Position numbers and translations under genes: made by a program
From: Candidatus Aenigmatarchaeota archaeon
GTDB lineage: Archaea; Aenigmatarchaeota; Aenigmatarchaeia; QMZP01; QMZT01
Length of the DNA: 54,034 nucleotides
Direction of reading: 5' to 3'
NCBI GenBank assembly: GCA_041489155.1
Contig: JBGPQP010000008.1
Coordinates: 1-54,034 of the forward strand
Part shown: one piece after another, positions 19,071 through 27,200 of the stretch
Position numbering within the stretch: position 1 is the first letter of the stretch
Layout of the letters: each line of letters starts with the position of its first letter
The notes under the pieces: generated by a model
The model's database searches: none
Told to the model about the DNA's origin: nothing
What the model saw: the letters and a program-made list of their open reading frames with translations, nothing else

Positions 19071-19934
19071 TTATTTTTTGTAGAAGAGGCGGTTCGTCCT
19101 GCCGACGCGCTCCTTCTCGACAAGGCCTTTCGCTTCCAGCTTTTTCACCAGCCTGGTCATCTTGGCGCGGGAGAAGCGAAGCTCCTTCTCGATCTTGTTC
19201 TGCATTGTCCGCTTCTCCCTGGAAAGGATGAACAGGACCTTGCGCTCGTCCTCGGAGAAGCCGCGCTCGAACTCGCATTTCATTTTCTTCCTGTAATGCG
19301 CCACAAGATAGGCGACTATCACTATCAAAGCGAAGCCCATAATGGCCATTATGAGCAGCGAGTAATCGCTGTGCGTGTTCTGGAACTTGAATGATATCAT
19401 GAGCTCTTCCGGGTTCCCGAATTCCCATTTCAGGTAAATTCTCTCGCCGTCGCTCAGCAGCTGGTAGTCTTCAGGGTAAACGACGTTCCTGTAGATGGCG
19501 AAGCCTTTCGGCAGGAAGGCGGCTATGTTGACCGTTTTCGATGCAGGCGGTTTAAGGTCGGTGAAGAAGCTGTAGACGTTGTCTTTCGCGAAGACCAGGT
19601 CCCTCGCAATGAAACTAATGATCAGCTTTTCGGTTCCCTCTGGCGCGGAGAATTTTACGTTGTACTCATTGCCTGTTTTCTCCAGCGTGTAGTCGATGCT
19701 CTGCAAGCCGTTGGAAATGGTCAGGTCGCTTATCTCGCCGAGGACTATGTAGTTCAGCTCGCTGGCTATCAGCGGCGCGGCGAACCTAATCGCTATGTCC
19801 TCTTTCACGCTCGCGTCAGCGGCGATGGAAAAGGTTATGTTGTACTCTGATATCTCGAGGGCTTGAGTTTCATAGCTGAAAAAACCCAGCGAAAATACAA
19901 AAAACAAAAACGCTGCCAAAACAAACTTATTCAT
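19071..19934 (-). CDS. Membrane-anchored wHTH transcriptional regulator (extracellular domain-TM-HTH)
   Basis: Signal peptide, beta-rich ectodomain, TM, then FSEDERKVL...QNKIEKELRFSRAKMTRLVKKLEAKGLVEKERVGRTN. Confidence 0.8.
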   Translation of the reverse strand: MNKFVLAAFLFFVFSLGFFSYETQALEISEYNITFSIAADASVKEDIAIRFAAPLIASELNYIVLGEISDLTISNGLQSIDYTLEKTGNEYNVKFSAPEGTEKLIISFIARDLVFAKDNVYSFFTDLKPPASKTVNIAAFLPKGFAIYRNVVYPEDYQLLSDGERIYLKWEFGNPEELMISFKFQNTHSDYSLLIMAIMGFALIVIVAYLVAHYRKKMKCEFERGFSEDERKVLFILSREKRTMQNKIEKELRFSRAKMTRLVKKLEAKGLVEKERVGRTNRLFYKK

Positions 19935-19979
19935 AAAGAAGAATAAGGAAAGAGAAATAAAAAACTAATAGGGATTCAT

Positions 19980-20546
19980 TCACTCTTTCTTGTGCTCGTG
20001 TTTCGCTTCGGCATGTTCAGGCTTGTGCTCCTCGTGCTTTGCTTCTTTGTGCTCTTCCTTGTGGCCTTCATGTTTCGCTTCTTCATGCGTCTTTTCAGCG
20101 TGCTCGGCCTTGTGCTCTGCCTTCGCCTCTTCCTTCTTGTGTTCTTCCGCTTTCTTTTCCTCATGTTTCGCTTCCTCTTTGCCGAAGAGCTTTGCGAGCG
20201 AATCCTTGCCGTACACAGCGACTTTCATGTTGACCTGCACGATTTCGTCGGAGATGGTGTTGCCTCTCACAAGCTTCCTGCGCCTCTCGCCTCTTCTCAG
20301 CGCATGGAAACCCGTTCCTCTGGTGAGAAGGACCTTGCGCCTTCCGAAGCCGGGCATGTCCTGCCTCATGGGGAAGCCCTGCTTGTCCGAGCCGCCCGTT
20401 ATCTGCATTTCGAAACCCGGCAGCCCCAGGAAATCGCCTTTAATCTTTTCTCCGATCTTCCTTCCCGTAAGGCCTGATTCCTTCTCAGCGACTTCTTTCT
20501 GGTACGTCCTTTTCGTCTTCGGATCTGCTACAACGATTTTGTACAT
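19980..20546 (-). CDS. rps6e: 30S ribosomal protein eS6 with His/Glu/Lys-rich C-terminal extension
   Basis: KIVVADPKT, ITGGSDKQGFPMR, GERRRKLVRGNTIS..IVQVNMK. Confidence 0.95.
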   Translation of the reverse strand: MYKIVVADPKTKRTYQKEVAEKESGLTGRKIGEKIKGDFLGLPGFEMQITGGSDKQGFPMRQDMPGFGRRKVLLTRGTGFHALRRGERRRKLVRGNTISDEIVQVNMKVAVYGKDSLAKLFGKEEAKHEEKKAEEHKKEEAKAEHKAEHAEKTHEEAKHEGHKEEHKEAKHEEHKPEHAEAKHEHKKE

Positions 20547-20653
20547 TCAAACCAACCTCCTCAGTACGACCCATGCTGCGGGCCTTTCCGAGTTCTTTAT
20601 AACTGTATAATTGAGGCACAGTGTTTTAAAAGGTTTTCAGGGGCTTTACGTGC

Positions 20654-21295
20654 TTATTTTTTATTGTGTTTTCTTTTGTGCCTCACGTATTCTATCGCCG
20701 GCGGCACGAATGAAGCGATTATTATGCCGATTATCACAAGGGCGAAGTTCTCCCTCACCACAGGGATGTTGCCGAAGAAGAAGCCTCCGAACAGAAAGAG
20801 CGCCACCCACGTTAGGCCGCCCAGCACGTTGTAGACTGCGAAGCTTCTGTATCTCATCTTGCCCATGCCCGCGACGAAGGGAGCAAAGGTCCTTATTATG
20901 GGCAGGAACCTGGCGATGAATATCGTCTTCCTCCCGTGCCTCTCGTAGAAGCGCTCGGCGCGGTCGAGATACTCTTTCTTGAAGAACCTCGTGCCTTTGA
21001 AGACTTTCGGCCCCATGTGGTAGCCTATCCAGTAGTTCAGCGCATCGCCCGCGACCGCTGCGACGGCAAGCAGAATGAAGAGCGTGAGCAGGTCGAGCGC
21101 GCCCAGCGCGGCGAACGTACCTGCCGCGAACAGCAGCGAGTCGCCCGGCAGGAACGGCGTCACGACGAGACCCGTCTCAAGGAATATTATCAGAAAGAGT
21201 ATCGCGTACACCCACAAGCCGTAGGCCTGTATGAGCGCGCCCAGGTGCTGGTCAAGATGAATCAGGAAATCCAGCAGAAGCGTAATGAAATCCAT
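20654..21295 (-). CDS. dedA: DedA family membrane protein
   Basis: ETGLVVTPFLPGDSLLFAAG; ARFLPIIRTFAPFVAG. Confidence 0.93.
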   Translation of the reverse strand: MDFITLLLDFLIHLDQHLGALIQAYGLWVYAILFLIIFLETGLVVTPFLPGDSLLFAAGTFAALGALDLLTLFILLAVAAVAGDALNYWIGYHMGPKVFKGTRFFKKEYLDRAERFYERHGRKTIFIARFLPIIRTFAPFVAGMGKMRYRSFAVYNVLGGLTWVALFLFGGFFFGNIPVVRENFALVIIGIIIASFVPPAIEYVRHKRKHNKK

Positions 21296-21312
21296 AATTT
21301 CTAATTATTGTT

Positions 21313-21603
21313 TTACTGGTTATTAATCCTTATTTTCGTTTCTATTTCTTCCTTGTCAGTATTCCTTACTAAAATCATTTTGCTCTTGCTTTTTAAGCCG
21401 CTCACGATCTCAACATCCTTTCCGAAGAGCCTTCTCAGGCCTTTAACTATTTCCATATTGGCCTTGCCTTCCTGCGGCGGAGATGTGACTTCAAGAACAA
21501 GCTGCCCGTCCTTGCGCGAAAGGGCAAAACGCCTAGCGTTCGGCCTGACTCTGACTTCCATCAGAACGCCGTCCGCGGTTTCCCTTATAGCGTCTCCTGC
21601 CAT
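21313..21603 (-). CDS. DUF167 / UPF0235 (YggU-like) protein
   Basis: VRVRPNA...VTSPPQEGKAN...EIVSGLKSKSK. Confidence 0.85.
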   Translation of the reverse strand: MAGDAIRETADGVLMEVRVRPNARRFALSRKDGQLVLEVTSPPQEGKANMEIVKGLRRLFGKDVEIVSGLKSKSKMILVRNTDKEEIETKIRINNQ

Positions 21604-21646
21604 GGCAAATCCCCTGCGATAACAATAATATGCGAATTGTATTTTA

Positions 21647-22432
21647 ATGCCGAAAGGACAAATACGTTATATGGACACAGGGAGCTTTGAGCTTTTCTCA
21701 AGGCAGATGCCTTTCATTGGCGAGGAAAACCAGGTGAAGCTTTCGAAGGCGAAGGTCGTCGTTGTCGGAGCGGGAGGCCTGGGCTCGCATGTAAGCGATA
21801 TGCTGGTGCGCGCTGGCGTCGGCGTCGTCCGCATAATCGACCGCGACCTGGTCGAGATGTCCAATATCCCGCGTACTGCAGTTTTCAGGAGGGAGGACAT
21901 AGGCAAGGCAAAGGCCTTCGTCCTGGCCGAGAAGCTCGCCGGCATAAATCCGGAGGGCAGGCTCGTTTACGCTTCTGCGGTGCTTAATGATTACAACGCG
22001 GAGAAGTTCCTCGCGGGCTTCGACGTGGTCGTCGACTGCACGGACAACATCGAGTCGCGTTACGCGGTGAACAAGTTCTGTACAAAAAACAAAATACCGT
22101 GGGTCTACGGCGCGGTCATACGCGACGAGGGCTTTTCGGCGGCTTTCGCCGCCGGCGGCAGACCGTGTCTTTCCTGCCTTTATGAGGGCAAACCAAAGAA
22201 GACCGAGAAGGCGAGCGAGGCAGGAATCCTCGGGCCTGCGGTTGCGACTATTGCCTCGTGGCAGGCCATGGAGACCATAAAAATTCTTACGGGAATGGCA
22301 GAGCCAGATTACGGCAAGCTCTTCAGGATGAAACTGGCGAAGCCCCATTTCGAGCTGCTCGCGATAAAGCCATGGGAGGACTGCGACGTATGCGGCAAGG
22401 ACGTCCTGAAATACAGACGAAGACCATCATAA
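21647..22432 (+). CDS. ThiF/MoeB/UbaA-like E1 adenylyltransferase
   Basis: FSRQ, VVVVGAGGLG, IDRDLVEMSNIPR, VVDCTDN, two CxxC zinc motifs. Confidence 0.9.
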   Translation: MPKGQIRYMDTGSFELFSRQMPFIGEENQVKLSKAKVVVVGAGGLGSHVSDMLVRAGVGVVRIIDRDLVEMSNIPRTAVFRREDIGKAKAFVLAEKLAGINPEGRLVYASAVLNDYNAEKFLAGFDVVVDCTDNIESRYAVNKFCTKNKIPWVYGAVIRDEGFSAAFAAGGRPCLSCLYEGKPKKTEKASEAGILGPAVATIASWQAMETIKILTGMAEPDYGKLFRMKLAKPHFELLAIKPWEDCDVCGKDVLKYRRRPS

Positions 22433-23541
22433 AGTACGGCGAGCTCTGGCTCAAGTCCGAGCCGGTGCGCAGGCGCTTTTTGAGGACGCTCGCCGACAAC
22501 GTGAGAAGCCAGCTGAAATTCGCGGGAGTCAGGGACTTCAGGCTCGAGAAAACTAGGGATATGCTGCTTCTGGAATGCACGCATGCAAAAGCGAAGGGCG
22601 TGCTAACGAAAGTTTTCGGTGTCTCATGGTTCGCGGAAGCACATGAAACGACGAATAAAAAGAAGGCGATTGAAAAGGCCGTTCTAGAACTCGCGAAAAC
22701 GATCAGGAAAAAACAAACCTTCGCCATACGCGCGAGCAGGAGCGACAAGACTCTGCCCTTCACCAGCAAGGACATCGAGAACGAGATGGGAGCGAAGATA
22801 AAGAGGAAAGTGAATCTTTCCAATCCCGACGTCACCATATTCATCGAGATGCGCAAAGATTTCGCTTACGTATATTCGGAAAAAATCCGCGGTGCCGGCG
22901 GCCTGCCCTGCGGCGTGACTGGCCGCGTGCTCTCGCTCGTGTCCGGAGGTATAGACTCGCCCGTGGCGAGCTGGCTCATGATGAAACGCGGCTGCGCCGT
23001 CGAGTTAGTGCATTTCGCTTCCTTCGAGGACGACGAGAACAAGGTCGAAAGCATCGCCAGGAAGCTCAGGGAGTATTCGCCTGTCCCCTTATATTTACAT
23101 ATGATACCTTTCACCAAAATCCAGGAAACCATCGCTAGCGGATGCGAAACGCGCATGACCTGCGTCCTCTGTAAGCGCCTCATGTACAGGACGGCAGAAG
23201 CGCTGGCCAGCGAAATCAAGGTGAAGGCGCTCGTCACCGGCGAGAATCTCGCGCAGGTCGCATCCCAGACGCTAGATAACCTCCTCGCCAATAACGATGC
23301 TGTCTCCCTCCCTCTTTTGCGCCCGCTCCTTACGATGGACAAAGAAGAGATCATAACCCTCGCCAAAAAAATCGGGACTTACGAGCTTTCGATAAAAGCC
23401 GCGAAGCCGTGCAAATTCGTGCCTCGCAAGCCGGCGACGAAGGCGAGAAATGAGAGCCTGCTCAAAGAGGAAAAGAAAATCAGGGGCATGAAAAAACTTG
23501 TAAAGGAAGCGGTGGCAAAAAGCAAAAAGGTGGCAGTATGA
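22390..23541 (+). CDS. thiI: tRNA 4-thiouridine synthase ThiI (THUMP plus PP-loop, no rhodanese domain)
   Basis: IKYGELWLKS, THUMP VNLSNPD, GAGGLP, SGGIDSPVA, TGENLAQVASQT, RPLL..DKEEI..LAKKIGTY; start set at ATG 22390. Confidence 0.92.
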   Translation: MRQGRPEIQTKTIIKYGELWLKSEPVRRRFLRTLADNVRSQLKFAGVRDFRLEKTRDMLLLECTHAKAKGVLTKVFGVSWFAEAHETTNKKKAIEKAVLELAKTIRKKQTFAIRASRSDKTLPFTSKDIENEMGAKIKRKVNLSNPDVTIFIEMRKDFAYVYSEKIRGAGGLPCGVTGRVLSLVSGGIDSPVASWLMMKRGCAVELVHFASFEDDENKVESIARKLREYSPVPLYLHMIPFTKIQETIASGCETRMTCVLCKRLMYRTAEALASEIKVKALVTGENLAQVASQTLDNLLANNDAVSLPLLRPLLTMDKEEIITLAKKIGTYELSIKAAKPCKFVPRKPATKARNESLLKEEKKIRGMKKLVKEAVAKSKKVAV

Positions 23542-24029
23542 AGAAAGCGCTTTTCGTGGGCAGGTTCCAGCCGTTCCACAACGGCCATCTTAAGGCGATA
23601 AAAGAACTGCTGAAGAAAAACGAATGGGTGACTATCGTCATCTCCGGGCCGAAAAAGCCCGACGCCAAAAACCCGTTCTCATTCGAAGAGCGGGAGATGA
23701 TGGTCCACCTCGCACTCTCGGGCGAATGCATCAAAAATTACGAAGTAAGGAAAATCGCCGACGTGAACAACGACAGGAAATGGGCGCAGCTGATAAAAGC
23801 CCTCGGGGATTTCAGCGCCGCATACACGAGGAACTCATGGACGGCGCGCTGCCTCAGGCTTGCGGGCATAACCGTGCAGAAGCACAACCTGTACGAGCGC
23901 TACAAGAACTGCGGCCGCGAGATACGCAGGCGCATCATGCACGGCAAACGCTGGAAGAATCTCGTGCCTTACACGATATACGATTACATAAGTGAGATAA
24001 AAGGCGAAAAAAGAATCAGGGAATTATAA
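23538..24029 (+). CDS. nadM: Nicotinamide-nucleotide adenylyltransferase (archaeal NMNAT-like)
   Basis: FVGRFQPFHNGH, NPFSFEER, WKNLVP; ATGA overlap with thiI. Confidence 0.85.
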   Translation: MKKALFVGRFQPFHNGHLKAIKELLKKNEWVTIVISGPKKPDAKNPFSFEEREMMVHLALSGECIKNYEVRKIADVNNDRKWAQLIKALGDFSAAYTRNSWTARCLRLAGITVQKHNLYERYKNCGREIRRRIMHGKRWKNLVPYTIYDYISEIKGEKRIREL

Positions 24030-24513
24030 GTCTGCCTTCTCTGTTTATCTTACCCTTTCTTATGTCAGTGGACGAAATCCTTTCTCCTAATTCCGATAGT
24101 TCAGCAGGAACGCCTAATATATCAACCTCGAGCAAGCCGCTTTCCCTTCTTCTGAGATTGATTTTGTGCGCCTTGACCAGGGAATCCCCGCCCACTATCA
24201 TTGCCATGGTTTTGTTTCCGTATACGCATTTTGTGCAATCTTCCTTGGTGTCAAGCGGCAGTATTTCAAACCTGCCCCTGTAAAGCTGATTAAGATATTC
24301 GCACAGCGTTTCAAATCTCTCTTTGTAGGGCGGTATCAGCTCCTTGAGATTCTTTTTTGAAATTTCGCTCAGATACTCGTCTGTCGTAAGCCTTATTGCA
24401 AGGTTTTTCGCCAAAAGGAAAGCGTACCTAAAAACTTTTTTATGGCCTTCATGCAGCGGACCGTACGTGCCGCCCGTGCATGCGCGAGTCCACAGGTTGA
24501 AGCAGTCTTCCAT
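24016..24513 (-). CDS. Divergent archaeal phosphopantetheine adenylyltransferase paralog
   Basis: GGTYGPLHEGH, LTTDEY, ISSTDIRKGKINREG. Confidence 0.75.
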   Translation of the reverse strand: MEDCFNLWTRACTGGTYGPLHEGHKKVFRYAFLLAKNLAIRLTTDEYLSEISKKNLKELIPPYKERFETLCEYLNQLYRGRFEILPLDTKEDCTKCVYGNKTMAMIVGGDSLVKAHKINLRRRESGLLEVDILGVPAELSELGERISSTDIRKGKINREGRLIIP

Positions 24514-24561
24514 GGTTTAAAATTGGGGAAAAATTTTAAAAGAGGACCCTTTCCCTTAAGG

Positions 24562-25047
24562 CTATTTGCGCAGCTTTTTGCCTTCCCTGTCTATCTCTCT
24601 CGCTCGTATCCTCGTGGATGAAATCGGCCAGCCGTCCTTCGCCATCACAGTTTCTATCTGTATTATCTCCAGCGGCTTCAGGTCGTAGTCCTCGCGGATG
24701 AGATTTATGCCCCTCGCGCCGGGAAGCGTGTCCTCGCTGACAACGATTGCCTCTATCCCCTTCTTCGGGTCAAGCACCTCGGGCGAGAAAAAATTGTCCA
24801 GCGGCGAGATGTGGTAGCGGCTTTTACCGACTTTCATGGAAACGAGGAATTTCACAAGGTTCGCCTTCCTCTCCCCGAAGGGCTTCACGCCTTCCTTCCT
24901 CTTCCTCAGGACATAATCGTCGCTCGTCAGGCCGATGTAGCAGAACTTCGCTTCCTGAAAAGCCTTCCTTATCAGCGCCTCGTGGCCCCTGTGAAGAGGG
25001 ATGTCGAAGGTCCCGCCGAAACAGGCGGCTTTGCATTTCTTTTTCAT
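24562..25047 (-). CDS. coaD: Archaeal phosphopantetheine adenylyltransferase
   Basis: GGTFDIPLHRGH, GLTSDDY, AIVVSEDT, ISSTRIRAREIDREG. Confidence 0.88.
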   Translation of the reverse strand: MKKKCKAACFGGTFDIPLHRGHEALIRKAFQEAKFCYIGLTSDDYVLRKRKEGVKPFGERKANLVKFLVSMKVGKSRYHISPLDNFFSPEVLDPKKGIEAIVVSEDTLPGARGINLIREDYDLKPLEIIQIETVMAKDGWPISSTRIRAREIDREGKKLRK

Positions 25048-25107
25048 AACACAAACTTCCCTTTCCTGCTTTAAAAAATTAATTAACAGCTTCGGCGAAT
25101 TATCTAT

Positions 25108-25713
25108 ATGGTCAACGAGATTTTCATAGTCGCGATTTCGCTCTTCGCGATCGTCGACCCGATCGCAGCCGTGCCCGTCTTCATATCGTTCTTCGGCGGC
25201 TCGGACAAGAGGAAGCAGAAGAAAGCGGCGATGGAGATAACGCTTGCAGCCTTTGTGCTTCTCGTAGTCTTTGCCGCAGCGGGCATGGCGCTACTGACAT
25301 ACCTGAACATCTCGATTTCGGCTTTCATGGTGGCCGGCGGCCTGCTCCTGCTTTTCCTGTCCTTCGAATTCCTGATGGGCGAGCTGCCCAAGTCAAGAAG
25401 CGTGGACGTCGATGCGAGCGCGGCAGTCGTTCCCATAGGCACGCCGCTGCTCACTGGGCCGGGAGCGATAACGTCCGCGATATTCTTCACCCACGTTTAC
25501 GGCTTCTGGGTCACCCTTGCCGGCATAATCATAGTAATGGCTGTTTCCCTGCTGATCCTTCTCGGCAGCAGCAGGATAAAGGGCGTGCTGGGCAAGAACG
25601 GCCTCAAGATAATAACAAGGATAATGGGACTTATAACGGCGGCGATTGCCATCAGCCTGATAGAAAAGGCGCTCGTTTCTTACGGCATAATCAAGGCTGT
25701 TTTGCCCATGTAA
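25108..25713 (+). CDS. MarC family membrane protein
   Basis: LFAIVDP, AFMVAGGLLL, VVPIGTPLLTGPGAI, RIMGLI. Confidence 0.9.
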   Translation: MVNEIFIVAISLFAIVDPIAAVPVFISFFGGSDKRKQKKAAMEITLAAFVLLVVFAAAGMALLTYLNISISAFMVAGGLLLLFLSFEFLMGELPKSRSVDVDASAAVVPIGTPLLTGPGAITSAIFFTHVYGFWVTLAGIIIVMAVSLLILLGSSRIKGVLGKNGLKIITRIMGLITAAIAISLIEKALVSYGIIKAVLPM

Positions 25714-25740
25714 TCAGTTCCTCGCGTGGCGCAGCCTGCG

Positions 25741-25778
25741 AAAAGTTGGGCAGTTAGAATTCTGAAAGCCCAACTTTT
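25741..25778. repeat. 38-bp interrupted palindrome between marC and ftsZ
   Basis: AAAAGTTGGGC-agtt-AGAATTCT-gaaa-GCCCAACTTTT. Confidence 0.8.
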
Positions 25779-25975
25779 GCCAGTTTCACAGGATTATATT
25801 AATTCATATATAATAGTAAAGATGTTAAAAATTTATCCTATTTAAATATAACTTAGGTGTTCAATAGAAAAGTATATAAATAGGTTCAAATAAATTATTA
25901 ATTGCGCACTTAGAGCTATGTGGCACGCTGCTCGATAAAGAGGGCGTTAGGGGCTTTAAAAAGGGGTGAGGGCGT

Positions 25976-27019
25976 ATGGAATTAGATACAACGACTGAAT
26001 TTGAGGCACCGCAGGCCAAGATTATGGTTTTTGGCTGTGGTGGCGGTGGAAGCAACACTATATCCAGGCTCACGGACATGGATATACAGGGAGCTGTGAC
26101 GATAGCTGCCAACACTGATGCTAGGCATCTTGCAGTCACAAAGGCGCACAAGAAAATCCTTCTAGGAAAGGACCTTACTAGGGGTCTTGGCGCTGGCGGC
26201 TATCCGGAAGTAGGAAGACGCGCCGCGGAAGAGTCAAGGGAGGACATAAAGAGGATGCTGACAGGATGCGATCTCCTGTTCGTCACGTGCGGCCTCGGCG
26301 GAGGCACGGGAACCGGCGCTACTCCGGCAATAGCAAAGATAGCAAAGGAGCTGGGATCGATAGTCATCGCCGCAGTAACGCTGCCGTTCAAGATGGAAGG
26401 CGCGAGGGTAGGGAAGGCTGAGGACGGCCTGATCCGCCTGAGGGACGCGTGCGACACGGTAATCGTGATAGAGAACCAGAAACTCGTCCAGCTGGCAGGC
26501 AACAAGCCGCTCGGAGAGGCGTTCGCTGTCGCGGATGGCCTTATAGCGACGATGATAAAAGGCATAACAGAGACGATATCGCAGCCTTCGCTCGTCAACC
26601 TGGACTACGCGGACGTCAAGACGATAATGCACTCGGGAGGCGTTGCAACAATCGGCGTCGGCGTTTCGGACACGAAGAACCGCGCTTACGAAGTCGTTGA
26701 GCAGGCAATGAAGAACCCGCTGCTTGACGTCGACTATGACGGCGCGACAGGCGCGCTGATACAGGTGATAGGCGGAGACGACATGACCCTCGAGGAGATA
26801 AACGTCATCGGCGAAACCGTTTCGAAGAAGATGAACCCTGAAGCGACGGTCATGTGGGGCGCGAGAGTCCTTCCCGAATTCAAGGGCAAGCTCCAGGTGA
26901 TAACAATAATAACCGGAGTCAAATCGCCGCACATAATGGGGAAGCCGCAGGAAGTGAGCGAAGCCCGCTCAGTTGCCGAGAGCTTCTCGAAGGAATTCGG
27001 GATCAGGGTGTATGCCTAA
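25976..27019 (+). CDS. ftsZ: Cell division protein FtsZ
   Basis: GCGGGGSN, ANTD, TRGLGAGG, GLGGGTGTG, VNLDYADV; RBS GGGGTGA. Confidence 0.97.
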   Translation: MELDTTTEFEAPQAKIMVFGCGGGGSNTISRLTDMDIQGAVTIAANTDARHLAVTKAHKKILLGKDLTRGLGAGGYPEVGRRAAEESREDIKRMLTGCDLLFVTCGLGGGTGTGATPAIAKIAKELGSIVIAAVTLPFKMEGARVGKAEDGLIRLRDACDTVIVIENQKLVQLAGNKPLGEAFAVADGLIATMIKGITETISQPSLVNLDYADVKTIMHSGGVATIGVGVSDTKNRAYEVVEQAMKNPLLDVDYDGATGALIQVIGGDDMTLEEINVIGETVSKKMNPEATVMWGARVLPEFKGKLQVITIITGVKSPHIMGKPQEVSEARSVAESFSKEFGIRVYA

Positions 27020-27070
27020 AACCTTCGCAAGCTTCATAGATTTCGCAGGGAAACAACACCCGACACGACA

Positions 27071-27145
27071 CGCCTGCGCAAGCAGGCGACCAGTAATCCA
27101 TTAGGGAGGGGAGGCGAATACTGTCCCCTCCCTCATTTTTCATTC
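27071..27145 (+). terminator. Two GC-rich hairpins and a U-rich tract 3' of ftsZ
   Basis: CGCCTGC-GCAA-GCAGGCG at 27071-27088; AGGGAGGGGA...TCCCCTCCCT at 27103-27133 followed by CATTTTT. Confidence 0.6.
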
Positions 27146-27200
27146 TTATTTCCCGGAAAGATGAAAAACTATTTATCGCCCCGATGGAATAATTATCCAG

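Noticed and set aside
19990..20610. 206-aa Ser/Cys-rich plus-strand ORF and other long overlapping ORFs (e.g. 35228-36094, 51381-52361, 26234-26932)
   Set aside because: These are antisense shadows of clearly identified genes (rps6e, PanK, thyX, ftsZ).
22258..22389. N-terminal extension of ThiI as given in the ORF track
   Set aside because: It overlaps the E1 coding region; ThiI homology starts at IIKYGEL, so ATG 22390 is more plausible.
25741..25860. Archaeal dif site or replication origin
   Set aside because: The arm spacer is 16 bp rather than the 6 bp of dif, and no recognisable ORB or cdc6/xer gene is nearby.
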